The notes under the pieces: generated by a model
Told to the model about the DNA's origin: nothing
The model's input: the letters and a program-made list of their open reading frames with translations, nothing else
Database searches by the model: none
Translations under genes and position numbers: made by a program
Shown: piece by piece, positions 1 to 8,957 of the stretch
How the letters are laid out: every line of letters starts with the position of its first letter
How positions within the stretch are numbered: position 1 is the stretch's first letter
DNA from: a virus
Lineage: Duplodnaviria > Caudoviricetes
Strand: one strand, 5' to 3'
Length of the DNA: 54,966 nucleotides
IMG/VR virus record: IMGVR_UViG_3300020156_000036
Location: 1 to 54,966 of that record

Positions 1-700
1 GGTCCTTAACAGGCAGCGACTCCAGTTCTTCCAGATACTCCTCAGGCAAGTTTGCCATGTTGTGTATCGGGTTCATATGCATGTTGACGTACTGCTCGGG
101 GCGCTTCAGAGCTTCACCCGACTTCGGTTCAACGAGCTTGATGAACAGACGGTAAATCCAGTGCCCCACCGTCGGTGGGTTGCAGTCGTAATATGCCTTC
201 AGGGGCAGGTAGGCAGGGTTCTCGGGGTCATGCCCAGGCGGTTGCTCATCGAGCGGGCACTTCTGCGCCAAGCGAGTCATCGCCTTGTTGCGGGAGTCGT
301 AGCCAATCTGCGAGCATTCGTTCAGATAGATGGTCGCGTGCTCTTGACCCAGAATCTTCTCAGTGCGCTCCTTGTCGTCCAGACCGCCGAACCAAATCTT
401 GGAACCGTTGGCGAACTCAGCGTACCAATCAGTCTTGTCAAGGCGATACTTCACGCCAGGGAAGCATTTTGCCATGACATCCGGGAATGTCTGAGCGATG
501 ATCGACGACTTGATGTGGTTGAAACGGAAACGCAGGATAACGTGCGAGCTGTTCGACGCCTTCATGGCACGAATGCACACAGCACGTACCAGTAGCCATG
601 TTTTGCCAGACCGTGAACCACCGTACAGGAGAATATGCCGCGCGGGAGACCCGAGCAGTTTATTCCCCTCCTGTTGGCGTTCAGTGAGTCGGACTCTCAT
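1..700 (-). CDS. terL: Terminase large subunit, N-terminal ATPase part (continues across the window junction)
   Basis: Manual translation from ATG at 700: MRVRLTERQQEGNKLLGSPARHILLYGGSRSGKT (Walker A). Open to base 1 and rejoins the 54966 end in frame via the GGTCCTTAA overlap (..LESLPVKD|RQRFLEGKF..). Confidence 0.93.
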   Translation of the reverse strand, partial: MRVRLTERQQEGNKLLGSPARHILLYGGSRSGKTWLLVRAVCIRAMKASNSSHVILRFRFNHIKSSIIAQTFPDVMAKCFPGVKYRLDKTDWYAEFANGSKIWFGGLDDKERTEKILGQEHATIYLNECSQIGYDSRNKAMTRLAQKCPLDEQPPGHDPENPAYLPLKAYYDCNPPTVGHWIYRLFIKLVEPKSGEALKRPEQYVNMHMNPIHNMANLPEEYLEELESLPVKD

Positions 701-873
701 TCGTCGTCTCTGGGGTCCCTGTCGTTCATTTCCCGTTTCGCGATGACCCAAGCCACCGCACAGATCAGTACGATCACCGCCAAGATAATCGCTGGCATAT
801 AGCCAAGCGGCAATCCATCGAACTCCTCCACCTGCTTGGAGATGAGCTCAGCCGTGTTCCCGGCATCGTTCAC
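697..873 (-). CDS. Small single-TM membrane protein (58 aa) between terS and terL
   Basis: GTG overlaps the terS stop and TGA overlaps the terL ATG; hydrophobic stretch YMPAIILAVIVLICAVAWVIA. Not in the ORF track. Confidence 0.7.
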   Translation of the reverse strand: MNDAGNTAELISKQVEEFDGLPLGYMPAIILAVIVLICAVAWVIAKREMNDRDPRDDE

Positions 874-1355
874 AGGTCTGCATCCCCAGGGGTAATCGTG
901 ATATTGAAGCTGCCACCACCCAACGCGCCAAAGTTGGCGTACCGACCCGGGTTGCGGGCTTTAAGGAGGAACATGATGAGCTTCTCGGAACCGGCATGAG
1001 CCATGTTCATGGCCAGGTCCTCCAGGACCTCGGTTCCGATGTCGTGCGACTCTTTCCAGTCGTTCTTGAACTCTTCATTGCCGGGCTCATCGCGCCAGAC
1101 GTAGAAGGTCTTGCGGGCGGGGACGGCTCTGCCGAAACTGGGATGTGGCTCTTCGACGAGTTCTCGTCGCAGGTTGATATGCTTGTCAGGAACCGTCGCC
1201 CAGTCCTTCAGCATCTTGATCGCGCCGTCTACGGTCCAGCCATGAGCCAGCAGCTCCACGAAGTCCTGCATTAAGGACTCCTTGTCTTCGGGAGCATAGC
1301 CGAGCTTGCGGCTGTTGTTGGCTGAACCAGTGCCGTCGTAGCGCTCAGAACCCAT
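870..1355 (-). CDS. terS: Terminase small subunit
   Basis: HTH-like PARKTFYVWRDE..EFKNDW, helical LEDLA..SEKLIMFLLKARNPGRY; lies upstream of terL. Confidence 0.8.
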   Translation of the reverse strand: MGSERYDGTGSANNSRKLGYAPEDKESLMQDFVELLAHGWTVDGAIKMLKDWATVPDKHINLRRELVEEPHPSFGRAVPARKTFYVWRDEPGNEEFKNDWKESHDIGTEVLEDLAMNMAHAGSEKLIMFLLKARNPGRYANFGALGGGSFNITITPGDADL

Positions 1356-1444
1356 CGGTGTAAGCTACCTAGGTGAGTGACAATGACACCAAAGTAGTAT
1401 GCGAATGAATGCAAAGATACTGAACTGTGTGGCAAATGCCTTGG

Positions 1445-1648
1445 TTATTCAGTTTTTGCAGAATCTTCTGGGTTCTTTTCCAGATAGCTTTGGAACAGCT
1501 TATCTGGGAACAGGTCACTCACTTGTGGAGGACTGGGCAGGGTGAACAGCCACACGATCAGGCTGACCATCCCCGCCCCGGCTACGCACACGACGAATAA
1601 GAACTCGGGCGTCACGGACAAGGCATTTCCCTCCAGGATAAGTGACAC
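1445..1648 (-). CDS. Small membrane protein
   Basis: One hydrophobic helix; overlaps the 3' end of the upstream ORF. Confidence 0.45.
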   Translation of the reverse strand: MSLILEGNALSVTPEFLFVVCVAGAGMVSLIVWLFTLPSPPQVSDLFPDKLFQSYLEKNPEDSAKTE

Positions 1649-2000
1649 AAAGCAGCTGAGCGCTGAAAACTCCTAGGCCGAAATAATAATGCGGGTAGAC
1701 GGTTTCATAACCCTGGGCCTCTAGGAACCAGAACAGAGCCTGGCCCAAGAAGGATACGCCAAATAGCCACAGAACCAGTAACGCCCACCGTGGCCGCCGA
1801 GGTGGCATGCAGTAGGCACAGAGGCCAAATGCCCAGAAATCCATCAATAAGCTGCCAAGCTCTCCAGTCCACCCTGTATTCAGAGTGAGTATGGAGACTT
1901 GTACGAACCACATGACGCCGAGAACAAATACGTATGGCCTCGCGTGATAGTCACGCAAGGCTGTGAGCATCAGGAAAGGCCATACGTACTCGACCAGCAC
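1515..2000 (-). CDS. Multi-pass membrane protein
   Basis: 4-5 hydrophobic segments; GTG 1 nt after the stop of the poly-Pro ORF. Confidence 0.65.
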   Translation of the reverse strand: MLVEYVWPFLMLTALRDYHARPYVFVLGVMWFVQVSILTLNTGWTGELGSLLMDFWAFGLCAYCMPPRRPRWALLVLWLFGVSFLGQALFWFLEAQGYETVYPHYYFGLGVFSAQLLCVTYPGGKCLVRDARVLIRRVRSRGGDGQPDRVAVHPAQSSTSE

Positions 2001-2001
2001 C

Positions 2002-2112
2002 TTATTCGCCTTCGGTCTCGAACTTGGGTTGAGACGGCGGCGGAGGCGGCGGAGGCGGAGGCGGCGGAGGACGAACCCCGTCGTCTTCGGTCTGTTGGTT
2101 TTGATCGGTCAC
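2002..2112 (-). CDS. 36-aa peptide with 12 consecutive prolines
   Basis: GTG start, MTDQNQQTEDDGVR-P12-SQPKFETEGE; SD AAAGGAGGTGAT at 2116-2127. Confidence 0.75.
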   Translation of the reverse strand: MTDQNQQTEDDGVRPPPPPPPPPPPPSQPKFETEGE

Positions 2113-2139
2113 GTTATCACCTCCTTTCGGCTGACCTAA

Positions 2140-2168
2140 CTCTAGCACGTGGAGATGTCGGTGTATAC
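2140..2168 (-). promoter_or_regulatory. Sigma70-like promoter heading the late/packaging operon
   Basis: TATACA-N17-TAGAGT, with GC before the -10 hexamer. Confidence 0.5.
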
Positions 2169-2339
2169 ACAACGAAACGATGGCTTGGCAACCGGATTTT
2201 TGGTTTCTGTTATATGGAGGGAGGTATCGGGGTTTCGGTTATAGGAGAGTGACACACGGTTTTTGACTTTGGAGCTGTCGGGCGCCGCCCCTGACGACTT
2301 GGGCCCAAAATATATTGGCCAAATCGACTGAGCGAATAC

Positions 2340-2570
2340 TCAATCGCTCATGTTCTCTCTCCACCACATCTCAATACGACCGATAGCGGTTTGCATGTCA
2401 AGAGCAGTTGGCAAATCTTCATAGAGATCGTAATAAGTTTCGTCGTCAACATACTCAAGCACCATGAACGTGTTGTTTTCGAGTTTCGCGATGAAACACA
2501 CATCATCGTGCACATACACGACTTCAGCGCTCATGTTTTCGATAGCGATGGTCTCACCGACGTTGAACAT
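2340..2570 (-). CDS. Hypothetical protein
   Basis: GGAG SD; own TTTACT-N16-TAAGAT promoter. Confidence 0.7.
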   Translation of the reverse strand: MFNVGETIAIENMSAEVVYVHDDVCFIAKLENNTFMVLEYVDDETYYDLYEDLPTALDMQTAIGRIEMWWRENMSD

Positions 2571-2622
2571 GTCTCAATCTCCGTTGTTGAGATCATCTTA
2601 GCGCATTCGACGTAGAAGTAAA

Positions 2623-2638
2623 ATTACGATTTCGTAAT
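2623..2638. promoter_or_regulatory. Palindromic operator-like site ATTACGA-TT-TCGTAAT
   Basis: Abuts the -35 of the promoter for 2340..2570; near copy at 3482-3497. Confidence 0.5.
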
Positions 2639-2875
2639 ATTTGAAATCTTTCTTGAGTGTCACTCTCATTCGGACATGTTGATAATGACAGTCAGTATCA
2701 ATGTATCAGAAACAGATACTGATACAATACCAAGCAAATGAAAGCGACACTCACTTACGCGTGTGCCGCTGGGACTTCGCTGGGACTCCGCCAGCACTTG
2801 CAAGGATTTTCACTGGGACTGGGTGGGAACCTGCTGGAACCCACCCGTCACCGAGTACTCACGAGTCGATTACCT

Positions 2876-3394
2876 TCACGCCGCCAGTCGAAGACCGAGG
2901 GTTTCCATCACGCGACGGTAGTAGGCGAACAGAGCGGCGGGGTCGATCTTCGAGGCGAGTTTCCCCGAGTTGATGGCGCCGCCACAGATTTCCCCACCGC
3001 GCATGGCGTCATCCGGCGTGGTGATACCTTCGTCGGCCATGTAGTTGAGCAGAAGACGAACCTGGTTGGGCGCAGCCTGGAACGCCTTGTCGTAGTCCGT
3101 CGTGGACTTCACCGACAGGTCGTAGTAGTACAGCTTCGCCTTGAACGGCTGGTTGCCGGACAGGTTCCGCCCCGTCCTCACGACCTTCCCGTCCTCGCCA
3201 CGCTCTGCCGCACTCGGCTTCCGCTTCTTGACGTCCTTGACGATGTCGGCCAGAGCGGCGTTCTCACCGGCACGGTCGAGCAGCGCATCGGCTTCAGCCT
3301 CGTTCAGCTGCACCGGGGCGGCAGCAGCCTTGGTCTTGCGCGGGGCACGAGCCTTGGGCTCGGTGGTCGGGGCGGTTTGCTTCTTGGTAGCCAT
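2876..3394 (-). CDS. Putative DNA-binding protein: Lys/Ala/Pro-rich N-terminus plus winged-helix-like domain (paralog 1)
   Basis: C-terminal KLASKIDPAALFAYYRRVMETLG aligns with 17952..18725 and 19244..19633; high-GC3 codon usage; own promoter and SD. Confidence 0.7.
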   Translation of the reverse strand: MATKKQTAPTTEPKARAPRKTKAAAAPVQLNEAEADALLDRAGENAALADIVKDVKKRKPSAAERGEDGKVVRTGRNLSGNQPFKAKLYYYDLSVKSTTDYDKAFQAAPNQVRLLLNYMADEGITTPDDAMRGGEICGGAINSGKLASKIDPAALFAYYRRVMETLGLRLAA

Positions 3395-3481
3395 GTCTCA
3401 GTCTCCACGTTTTGCAGCGGATGTTCATTCATCCGATAGATGCATCCTACAACGTCCGCTGTCCGTGTACACAAAAGAAAG

Positions 3482-3497
3482 ATTACAAATTCGTAAT
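3482..3497. promoter_or_regulatory. Palindromic operator-like site ATTACAAATTCGTAAT
   Basis: Near copy of 2623-2638, upstream of the -35 of the promoter for 2876..3394. Confidence 0.45.
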
Positions 3498-3638
3498 GTT
3501 TTGGCCTGTTTACATCCGACCCAATCTAGTGTAGCCGCGCGTGCGCCCGCGAACTACTATGCGTGTCACCGAGCTCTCGCCCGGGCCAACGACATCCTCC
3601 CGCGCCTATCCCCGACCCACGCCCCCACGCGCCTTGCA

Positions 3639-3707
3639 CCCGCAAGCACTTTACTCGGCCGCTGGAACTACGCCCGCAAGCACTTTCGCCGAGCGCCCGC
3701 TGGAACT
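3639..3707. repeat. Imperfect direct repeat CCCGCAAGCACTTT...CGCTGGAACT (x2)
   Basis: Both blocks occur twice in a C-rich intergenic stretch. Confidence 0.7.
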
Positions 3708-3926
3708 TTACCGCCGCGCCACCTCATGACGCTCGATCTCGGCGCAACGCGGCAGCAGGTCCTCCTCCGTCGCCACGGCAACGCTACTGGGACTTTCACA
3801 GCCGAAGCCGACGAGCACAGTGTGAGGCGCGTTGTGCGGGTCATTCGCCGCATGGTCCCAGGCGATCAGCCCAATGATCGCGCCCAGCACGCCAATGATC
3901 ACGGCCATGATGTCGAACTTGTTCAT
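3708..3926 (-). CDS. Small protein with N-terminal TM helix
   Basis: ATG at 3926 after ACGTGGAG SD; MNKFDIMAVIIGVLGAIIGLIAW. Confidence 0.7.
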   Translation of the reverse strand: MNKFDIMAVIIGVLGAIIGLIAWDHAANDPHNAPHTVLVGFGCESPSSVAVATEEDLLPRCAEIERHEVARR

Positions 3927-4059
3927 AGTCAGTCTCCACGTTGATAGGTTGATAGTATCATGATTTGAGGAACACGTAATATGGCGCGGGTGGGTGGAAC
4001 CGAGAATGATGCGCGGCGGAGCGTGAGCGTAAAGGCGATGAGTGAATATTTCGCCCATA

Positions 4060-4590
4060 GAGCCCTCGGCCGCCGTCCCATCTTCGTCTCTCCTTCACCA
4101 AGTCTCTCTAGTCTTACTCAACTGTCCTCAATCCATGCTCTTCTCAATCAGTTCCATAGTCTCTTATTCATAGTGTCCTATTAGTCCTAGTTCAAATAAA
4201 ATAACCTATATATGCTAGGACACCGCCTCGTTCAACCAGTCACATAATACATGATTCTTGGTGTCTATCAAGTCCTAGTAGAACCATTGAAAAAGGTTTG
4301 GGCAAAAATCCCATAGGCTCTATCCATAGCCCTTTTCATAGACACCAAAGACACCATGATCACGCAACCCAATCCTCAAGTCACCACACGACTGTCCAAG
4401 CGTACAGGCTAGTCGAATATAGGAACTAGGCCACTGAGGACACCACGCTTTCAACACCCTTACCAGACCACGACCACAGTCGCCTCGTCACCTGCTACTT
4501 ATCCCAACACTTTTGGCACAGCATAATGGGGCAAGCACGATTACAACAGGCAAACCCTACACTATTCTAAGACACTAGTCTCGTGGTGAC
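4060..4590. other. AT-rich non-coding region with inverted repeats; candidate replication origin or genome-end region
   Basis: GTGTCCTA 4173-4180/TAGGACAC 4216-4223; TTGGTGTCTAT 4258-4268/ATAGACACCAA 4338-4348; recurrent GTCCTAG and GACACC. Confidence 0.5.
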
Positions 4591-4595
4591 AGTCG

Positions 4596-5186
4596 GTGTT
4601 GCCCTCGAATACCCAAGGAACAACAGAAATGCCGGGCCCAGTCAACTTCAACCCACTGAAACTCAACTCGAAACCAGAGCCGTTGAAAGACTGGGAGACC
4701 GTCTTTGCTCGTGACTGTCCTGACGGCGACCCACGCGAGGTCGCCGACCAAATGCTCTGTCGCACCAAGTCTGAGTTCCAACTGCTGGGTCGAATGTACG
4801 ACAAGCAGTGCGTCCGACGCCTGGATACTGGCAGCACACCGGTCTTCTTCGGGACTCAGCAGTCCTACCTCAACATGCTGGTCAACCGCGGCTTGGTGGA
4901 GCTCATCGCGAACCAACGCAACCGCTACCAGCTCACTTATCTCGGCATGCGAGTCTATGAGCTCAACTACTGGCTCGATCAGTGGAAGCGCAGCAAGCGA
5001 CAGGGCCGCATCCTCGAAGAGGCGAAAGACCGAGCGTTGCTCGACGCCCGCGGTGCCTGGGTCAATCCTAAACCAGACTCGGAACCCGACGCCGTTCCCC
5101 AGGCTGCCATCAAGCAGCTCGAAGAACAGGTCACCGAGAAAAACGAACCTACGCTCCCTCCAGGCGTGTATCCGCCTTTAAGTTGA
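4596..5186 (+). CDS. Putative winged-helix DNA-binding protein (lone rightward gene in the early region)
   Basis: SYLNMLVNRGLVEL..RYQLTYLG resembles a wHTH recognition helix and wing; start may be the ATG at 4629. Confidence 0.6.
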   Translation: MLPSNTQGTTEMPGPVNFNPLKLNSKPEPLKDWETVFARDCPDGDPREVADQMLCRTKSEFQLLGRMYDKQCVRRLDTGSTPVFFGTQQSYLNMLVNRGLVELIANQRNRYQLTYLGMRVYELNYWLDQWKRSKRQGRILEEAKDRALLDARGAWVNPKPDSEPDAVPQAAIKQLEEQVTEKNEPTLPPGVYPPLS

Positions 5187-5369
5187 CGGGGCAATCCACG
5201 CCTTGGAACGTATCCAGGCAAGTTGTGGGCTGGCGCCTGTGCCCATGGTGACCAGACCATTGCGAACGACATAGCGCTCAAGAATGCTGGCTTCAGGCCT
5301 GTGATGAAGTCGTGCCTTTGGAAAGGCCTCGAGCACCGCTTGACGATGAGTCTTGGGTCGGAGAACCAT
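5178..5369 (-). CDS. Hypothetical protein
   Basis: TGATG coupling with the upstream ORF. Confidence 0.55.
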   Translation of the reverse strand: MVLRPKTHRQAVLEAFPKARLHHRPEASILERYVVRNGLVTMGTGASPQLAWIRSKAWIAPST

Positions 5370-5548
5370 CACACCTTCTCCAATGTCAAGTTCTGCCCGT
5401 CCCACGCCTTGGCTCCACCTGACTTCTCACGCATGTCAGCCTTGTGAATCGCCTGCATACAGAGGGCGAAGGCATGGTGCCAGTCTCGCGCCTTGATCAC
5501 GATCGACTGACCAGTGTCCATGGTGAGTTTGAAGTTCTGCTTGGCCAT
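5369..5548 (-). CDS. Hypothetical protein (59 aa, MAKQNFKLTMDTG...)
   Basis: Manual translation; start and stop overlap both neighbours. Confidence 0.55.
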   Translation of the reverse strand: MAKQNFKLTMDTGQSIVIKARDWHHAFALCMQAIHKADMREKSGGAKAWDGQNLTLEKV

Positions 5549-5796
5549 TAGTCGTCTGCCTTCCTGACCAAGTCCATAATCGACACGGTCTCATAGTTCT
5601 CGGCGCGAAGTCGATCTTCCGAGGTAATCTCACCGAACTCCTCCTTGAGGACTCGGCGAAACTCGCTGGCTAAGAACGCAGCCCGCTTACCAGGCTCATC
5701 GTCTGGATGGTAGGCGTCTGCGAAGCTATCCCGCTCACAGATAGCATAGTGGAGGGCGAGGCGGTGGGCGTTTCTACGCGACAATCGTTTAGCCAT
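5548..5796 (-). CDS. Hypothetical protein
   Basis: ORF packed in the early operon. Confidence 0.6.
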   Translation of the reverse strand: MAKRLSRRNAHRLALHYAICERDSFADAYHPDDEPGKRAAFLASEFRRVLKEEFGEITSEDRLRAENYETVSIMDLVRKADD

Positions 5797-5953
5797 CAGA
5801 GTTTCACCATCTCAAACGACACCTTGTCGTACCAATGAGTCCAGTCGGGATGTTTCTGAGCCCGTTGCACAGCTTCAGTAAGATTATTGGCAAAGACTGC
5901 AAACGGTTTGCCGATAGGTTCGTCCCGCGACATTTGCATAACCCAGTATTTGT

Positions 5954-6535
5954 TCATGCCCGTAACCCTATCCACTCGAAATCTTCCACCAGGTCAAACT
6001 CGGGTGAACGCCATGAGTAGACATCCAGCTCGTCTACCCGGGACTCATCTACCTCAAGCCAGTCGCCCACGTTCTTGTTATAGAACCGGCCGTCCTCCCG
6101 CGCCTTGATCTGGGCCAGGACTTCCTCAGGGATTGGCGCCGGTCGCTTCCAACCGATCTGAATACGGTCAAGCAGTGGCGCCAGTATCGAAATCATAGCT
6201 GCCACGTCTGGGTCCCACTCCTTGAACTGACCCAGCCTTAGCTCGGTGATCAGACCCTCACAAGCCCGTGAGGCCCAGTCTACCTGCTCCTTGTTCGCAA
6301 GATGAGCTACGTCACCTTCCTCCGGCACCACCGCCCACACGGCTTGGATGCGTTCCAACTTGTTCCGCATCATCCAGGCCAGACTCGGCGCACCGCGCCG
6401 CTCAATCTCCTCAGCAGCCTTTAAGTATCGCCGACGGAGCCGGTCCAGTGCGTGCTTGACCAAGTAGACCTCAGCCGCCGATTTGAGGTCGACGGTGGGG
6501 CGGTCCTGTGGTGGTTTGCCGGGCTGACGAGCCAT
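5954..6535 (-). CDS. Hypothetical protein
   Basis: 193-aa ORF with TAATG coupling. Confidence 0.7.
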   Translation of the reverse strand: MARQPGKPPQDRPTVDLKSAAEVYLVKHALDRLRRRYLKAAEEIERRGAPSLAWMMRNKLERIQAVWAVVPEEGDVAHLANKEQVDWASRACEGLITELRLGQFKEWDPDVAAMISILAPLLDRIQIGWKRPAPIPEEVLAQIKAREDGRFYNKNVGDWLEVDESRVDELDVYSWRSPEFDLVEDFEWIGLRA

Positions 6536-6720
6536 TAGCCTTGACTACCTTCGACCTCATACCACCGATCAACGGCGCGTCGAGCCTCGGCTCGAGTCTT
6601 GCACGACCCTGTAATGAAGAAACCTTGAGCCGCGAAAAAGGCTCCATACACGCCGTTCTTGACGGCTATGGTAGCGCCTTCGTAGACTTCGCATTCAGTC
6701 CAGTCGTTGGGAATAGACAT
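6535..6720 (-). CDS. Hypothetical protein
   Basis: ACGTGGAG SD and TTTACA-N16-TACTAT promoter. Confidence 0.7.
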   Translation of the reverse strand: MSIPNDWTECEVYEGATIAVKNGVYGAFFAAQGFFITGSCKTRAEARRAVDRWYEVEGSQG

Positions 6721-6781
6721 ATCTCATCTCCACGTGATACATCGATAGTATCACGTCCTGCGATCATGTAAACCGCAGCCG

Positions 6782-7039
6782 CTAGGCGATTGCGAAGATG
6801 GGCCGCGGTTCCGTGGTCGTCGCCGAGTGCACCCAAGCCTGGTACAGACCGAACGAGCTCGACCTATAGCACGTCCACAGCACAGGGTGTCGGTTATCGA
6901 CTTCCACGGGCTCGGTGGAGCAGCTGTCGACAGGGTTGTGTTTACCCACGAACTCGCGTCCCTTGGCAATCGCCTCGTCACGATTTTCGAAGAGTTCGAC
7001 CGTGTCCCAGAACTTGGAACGGGTTTGCAGCAGAAACAT
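6782..7039 (-). CDS. Hypothetical protein
   Basis: GAGG SD; operon packing. Confidence 0.65.
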   Translation of the reverse strand: MFLLQTRSKFWDTVELFENRDEAIAKGREFVGKHNPVDSCSTEPVEVDNRHPVLWTCYRSSSFGLYQAWVHSATTTEPRPIFAIA

Positions 7040-7042
7040 GAC

Positions 7043-7339
7043 TCAGTCCTCTTCTTTCATGGGGCCATACCGCTCAATGCGGATGATCTTGTTGCCGAGC
7101 ATATCCCGACCCATGACCTGGGCACTGTTACCAACAGACAAGGTGAGGTCAATGCGGCGTTGTTGCCAAAACCGAGCATCCTTCCGATCAAAGTCGTCTG
7201 GAAACAGGGCTTTGTACTCTTCTTGGAACTCTTCCATGGCTTCATCAGTCGTGCCAATAAAGAGTCGACGATCTTGGTGACGAGGAGTTGAGCCCGCTTC
7301 AAACACCGAGATATAAAACTGTCCGGTATAGCGAGTCAT
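7043..7339 (-). CDS. Hypothetical protein
   Basis: GGAG SD and upstream promoter. Confidence 0.65.
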   Translation of the reverse strand: MTRYTGQFYISVFEAGSTPRHQDRRLFIGTTDEAMEEFQEEYKALFPDDFDRKDARFWQQRRIDLTLSVGNSAQVMGRDMLGNKIIRIERYGPMKEED

Positions 7340-7417
7340 AACGTCTCTCCGCAGTTGATACTCCTACAGTATCATGTTCTACGATTCATGACACAGGGCA
7401 ACTGAAACTAGCCGCGT

Positions 7418-7801
7418 TTACCACCCACCTGTTATGAGCAACAGAGCTTCATCGATTGTCTTAGCCCGCTGCACGAGTGGATGATACTGCCACGTTCCAA
7501 AATCGGCATTATCACCCACAACAACTACTTGCTTGCCGAGACCAAGAGCAATACCGGCCTCAACCAAGGCACCACGCAGCTTGTCTTCAGGCTCAGCGTA
7601 AACCAGCACAGCGTCTGCTTTGCGAACGTCGGCTACATCGTGGTGCCAGAACGCGACAGCATTCTCAGGCGTATCGGGCACGTGGCCTTCAATGTCTGGC
7701 CAACGAGCCGTGAAGAATACATCTTGCCGTTCTTCGCGTAGGCGTATCCACATCGGACCATGACGAAGCTTCGACGCGGTATACACAGAAGCCATTCTCA
7801 T
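7418..7801 (-). CDS. Nucleoside 2-deoxyribosyltransferase / dNMP N-glycosidase-like protein
   Basis: DVADVRKADAVLVY..RGALVEAGIALGLGKQVVVVG matches the NDT-fold motif with catalytic Glu. Confidence 0.75.
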   Translation of the reverse strand: MRMASVYTASKLRHGPMWIRLREERQDVFFTARWPDIEGHVPDTPENAVAFWHHDVADVRKADAVLVYAEPEDKLRGALVEAGIALGLGKQVVVVGDNADFGTWQYHPLVQRAKTIDEALLLITGGW

Positions 7802-8706
7802 GACAGCAAATCCAACGGGTCCCTGCGACCCAGTGCCACGGGGTGTCGTGCCTTGTCCTTGACGCCGACAGGGAAGTGCTTGTACTTCCAGACCTTACCC
7901 AGCTCCCGTTCACGATGGCGCCAAATCTCATCACGCTCAGCCGCGGTGAAGCCGGTTCCGAGCTTGACCTCACGTCCGTCGTGGATGTCCACTCCAACGA
8001 GCTTACCCATCGTGCCGCCTGGCACCATGTTCTCTTTGTGAGATGACCGAGCCCCGTAGCCCAGTTCATTCTCCTTGGATTCATTCATGTTGCGCATGAG
8101 CTCTTCCACGCCCGTGACCCGCATCTCAGAGTCAACGAAGCGCTTCAGCTTACACTTGCCACCCTCCTTGGGCGTTGACCGACCAAACTTGTAGGTCGTG
8201 TCAGGTCGAGCGATAATCAGGCCTTCGTAACCAGCGGCGAGGTAGCTCTCCTCACACAGGTAGAGCTGGTCGACCGAGGTAACCATAATCTGCTCAAGCA
8301 CCTTTACGCGTCCATTGGACTCCAACCTACCGAATCTGTGGGCGAAGTCCTGACCATTGAGGTCCCAGCGATCGAACACGTAGAACGTGAAGTCTGGTTC
8401 ACCGTCGTACGACATGACTTGGCTCATTGTTGTGCGATAGCAATCCTTGGCTGTCGGGTCACCGACAATGAGCTCACCGTCGTAGCCGTGCAGATTCTGT
8501 TGTTGGTGAAAAGCCCCACCAATCCCAGCGATAGCATTCTGCACAAACTTATTGCGGATAGGTTTCAGCGAACGGCTTAGCATCTGCTGGCCGTCAACCA
8601 GGCCACGAACACCGTCCAGCTTGGGCGAGACGAACAGAAATCCTGCGGCCTTTAAGTAGGCGTGGATATCGTCCTCGGTCGGCGTCGCACAGAGGTTCGG
8701 TCTCAT
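7798..8706 (-). CDS. lig: ATP-dependent DNA ligase
   Basis: Motifs KLDGVR, YDGEL, FYVFD, EGLII, KLK; OB domain LGTGFT. Confidence 0.95.
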   Translation of the reverse strand: MRPNLCATPTEDDIHAYLKAAGFLFVSPKLDGVRGLVDGQQMLSRSLKPIRNKFVQNAIAGIGGAFHQQQNLHGYDGELIVGDPTAKDCYRTTMSQVMSYDGEPDFTFYVFDRWDLNGQDFAHRFGRLESNGRVKVLEQIMVTSVDQLYLCEESYLAAGYEGLIIARPDTTYKFGRSTPKEGGKCKLKRFVDSEMRVTGVEELMRNMNESKENELGYGARSSHKENMVPGGTMGKLVGVDIHDGREVKLGTGFTAAERDEIWRHRERELGKVWKYKHFPVGVKDKARHPVALGRRDPLDLLS

Positions 8707-8957
8707 GAGCCGAACATCTCCATCTGTGCAGCCAAGAGATTCTGGCCTTTCTCAGCTGCTCGGTAGCCTACCTCAAATGCCATCATGACTTCCTGTCTAC
8801 GAACAATATCCATAGCTTTGAATCGTTGAATAAACAGGCTCATGATATGCTGAGCAGGAACCATGTTGCGACTGCCCTCGATGTATTCGAGAAGCTCCGC
8901 ATTGGTGAGCTGAGAGCTCGGCTTGTTGTAAAGCTCGAGGCGGCGCTCAGGTGTCAT
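8703..8957 (-). CDS. Hypothetical protein
   Basis: ATGA overlaps on both sides. Confidence 0.65.
   Translation of the reverse strand: MTPERRLELYNKPSSQLTNAELLEYIEGSRNMVPAQHIMSLFIQRFKAMDIVRRQEVMMAFEVGYRAAEKGQNLLAAQMEMFGS

Noticed and set aside
1899-2252. + strand ORF with AAEAAEAEAAE
   Set aside because: Reverse reading of the poly-Pro codons; the - strand has the SD, promoter and coupling.
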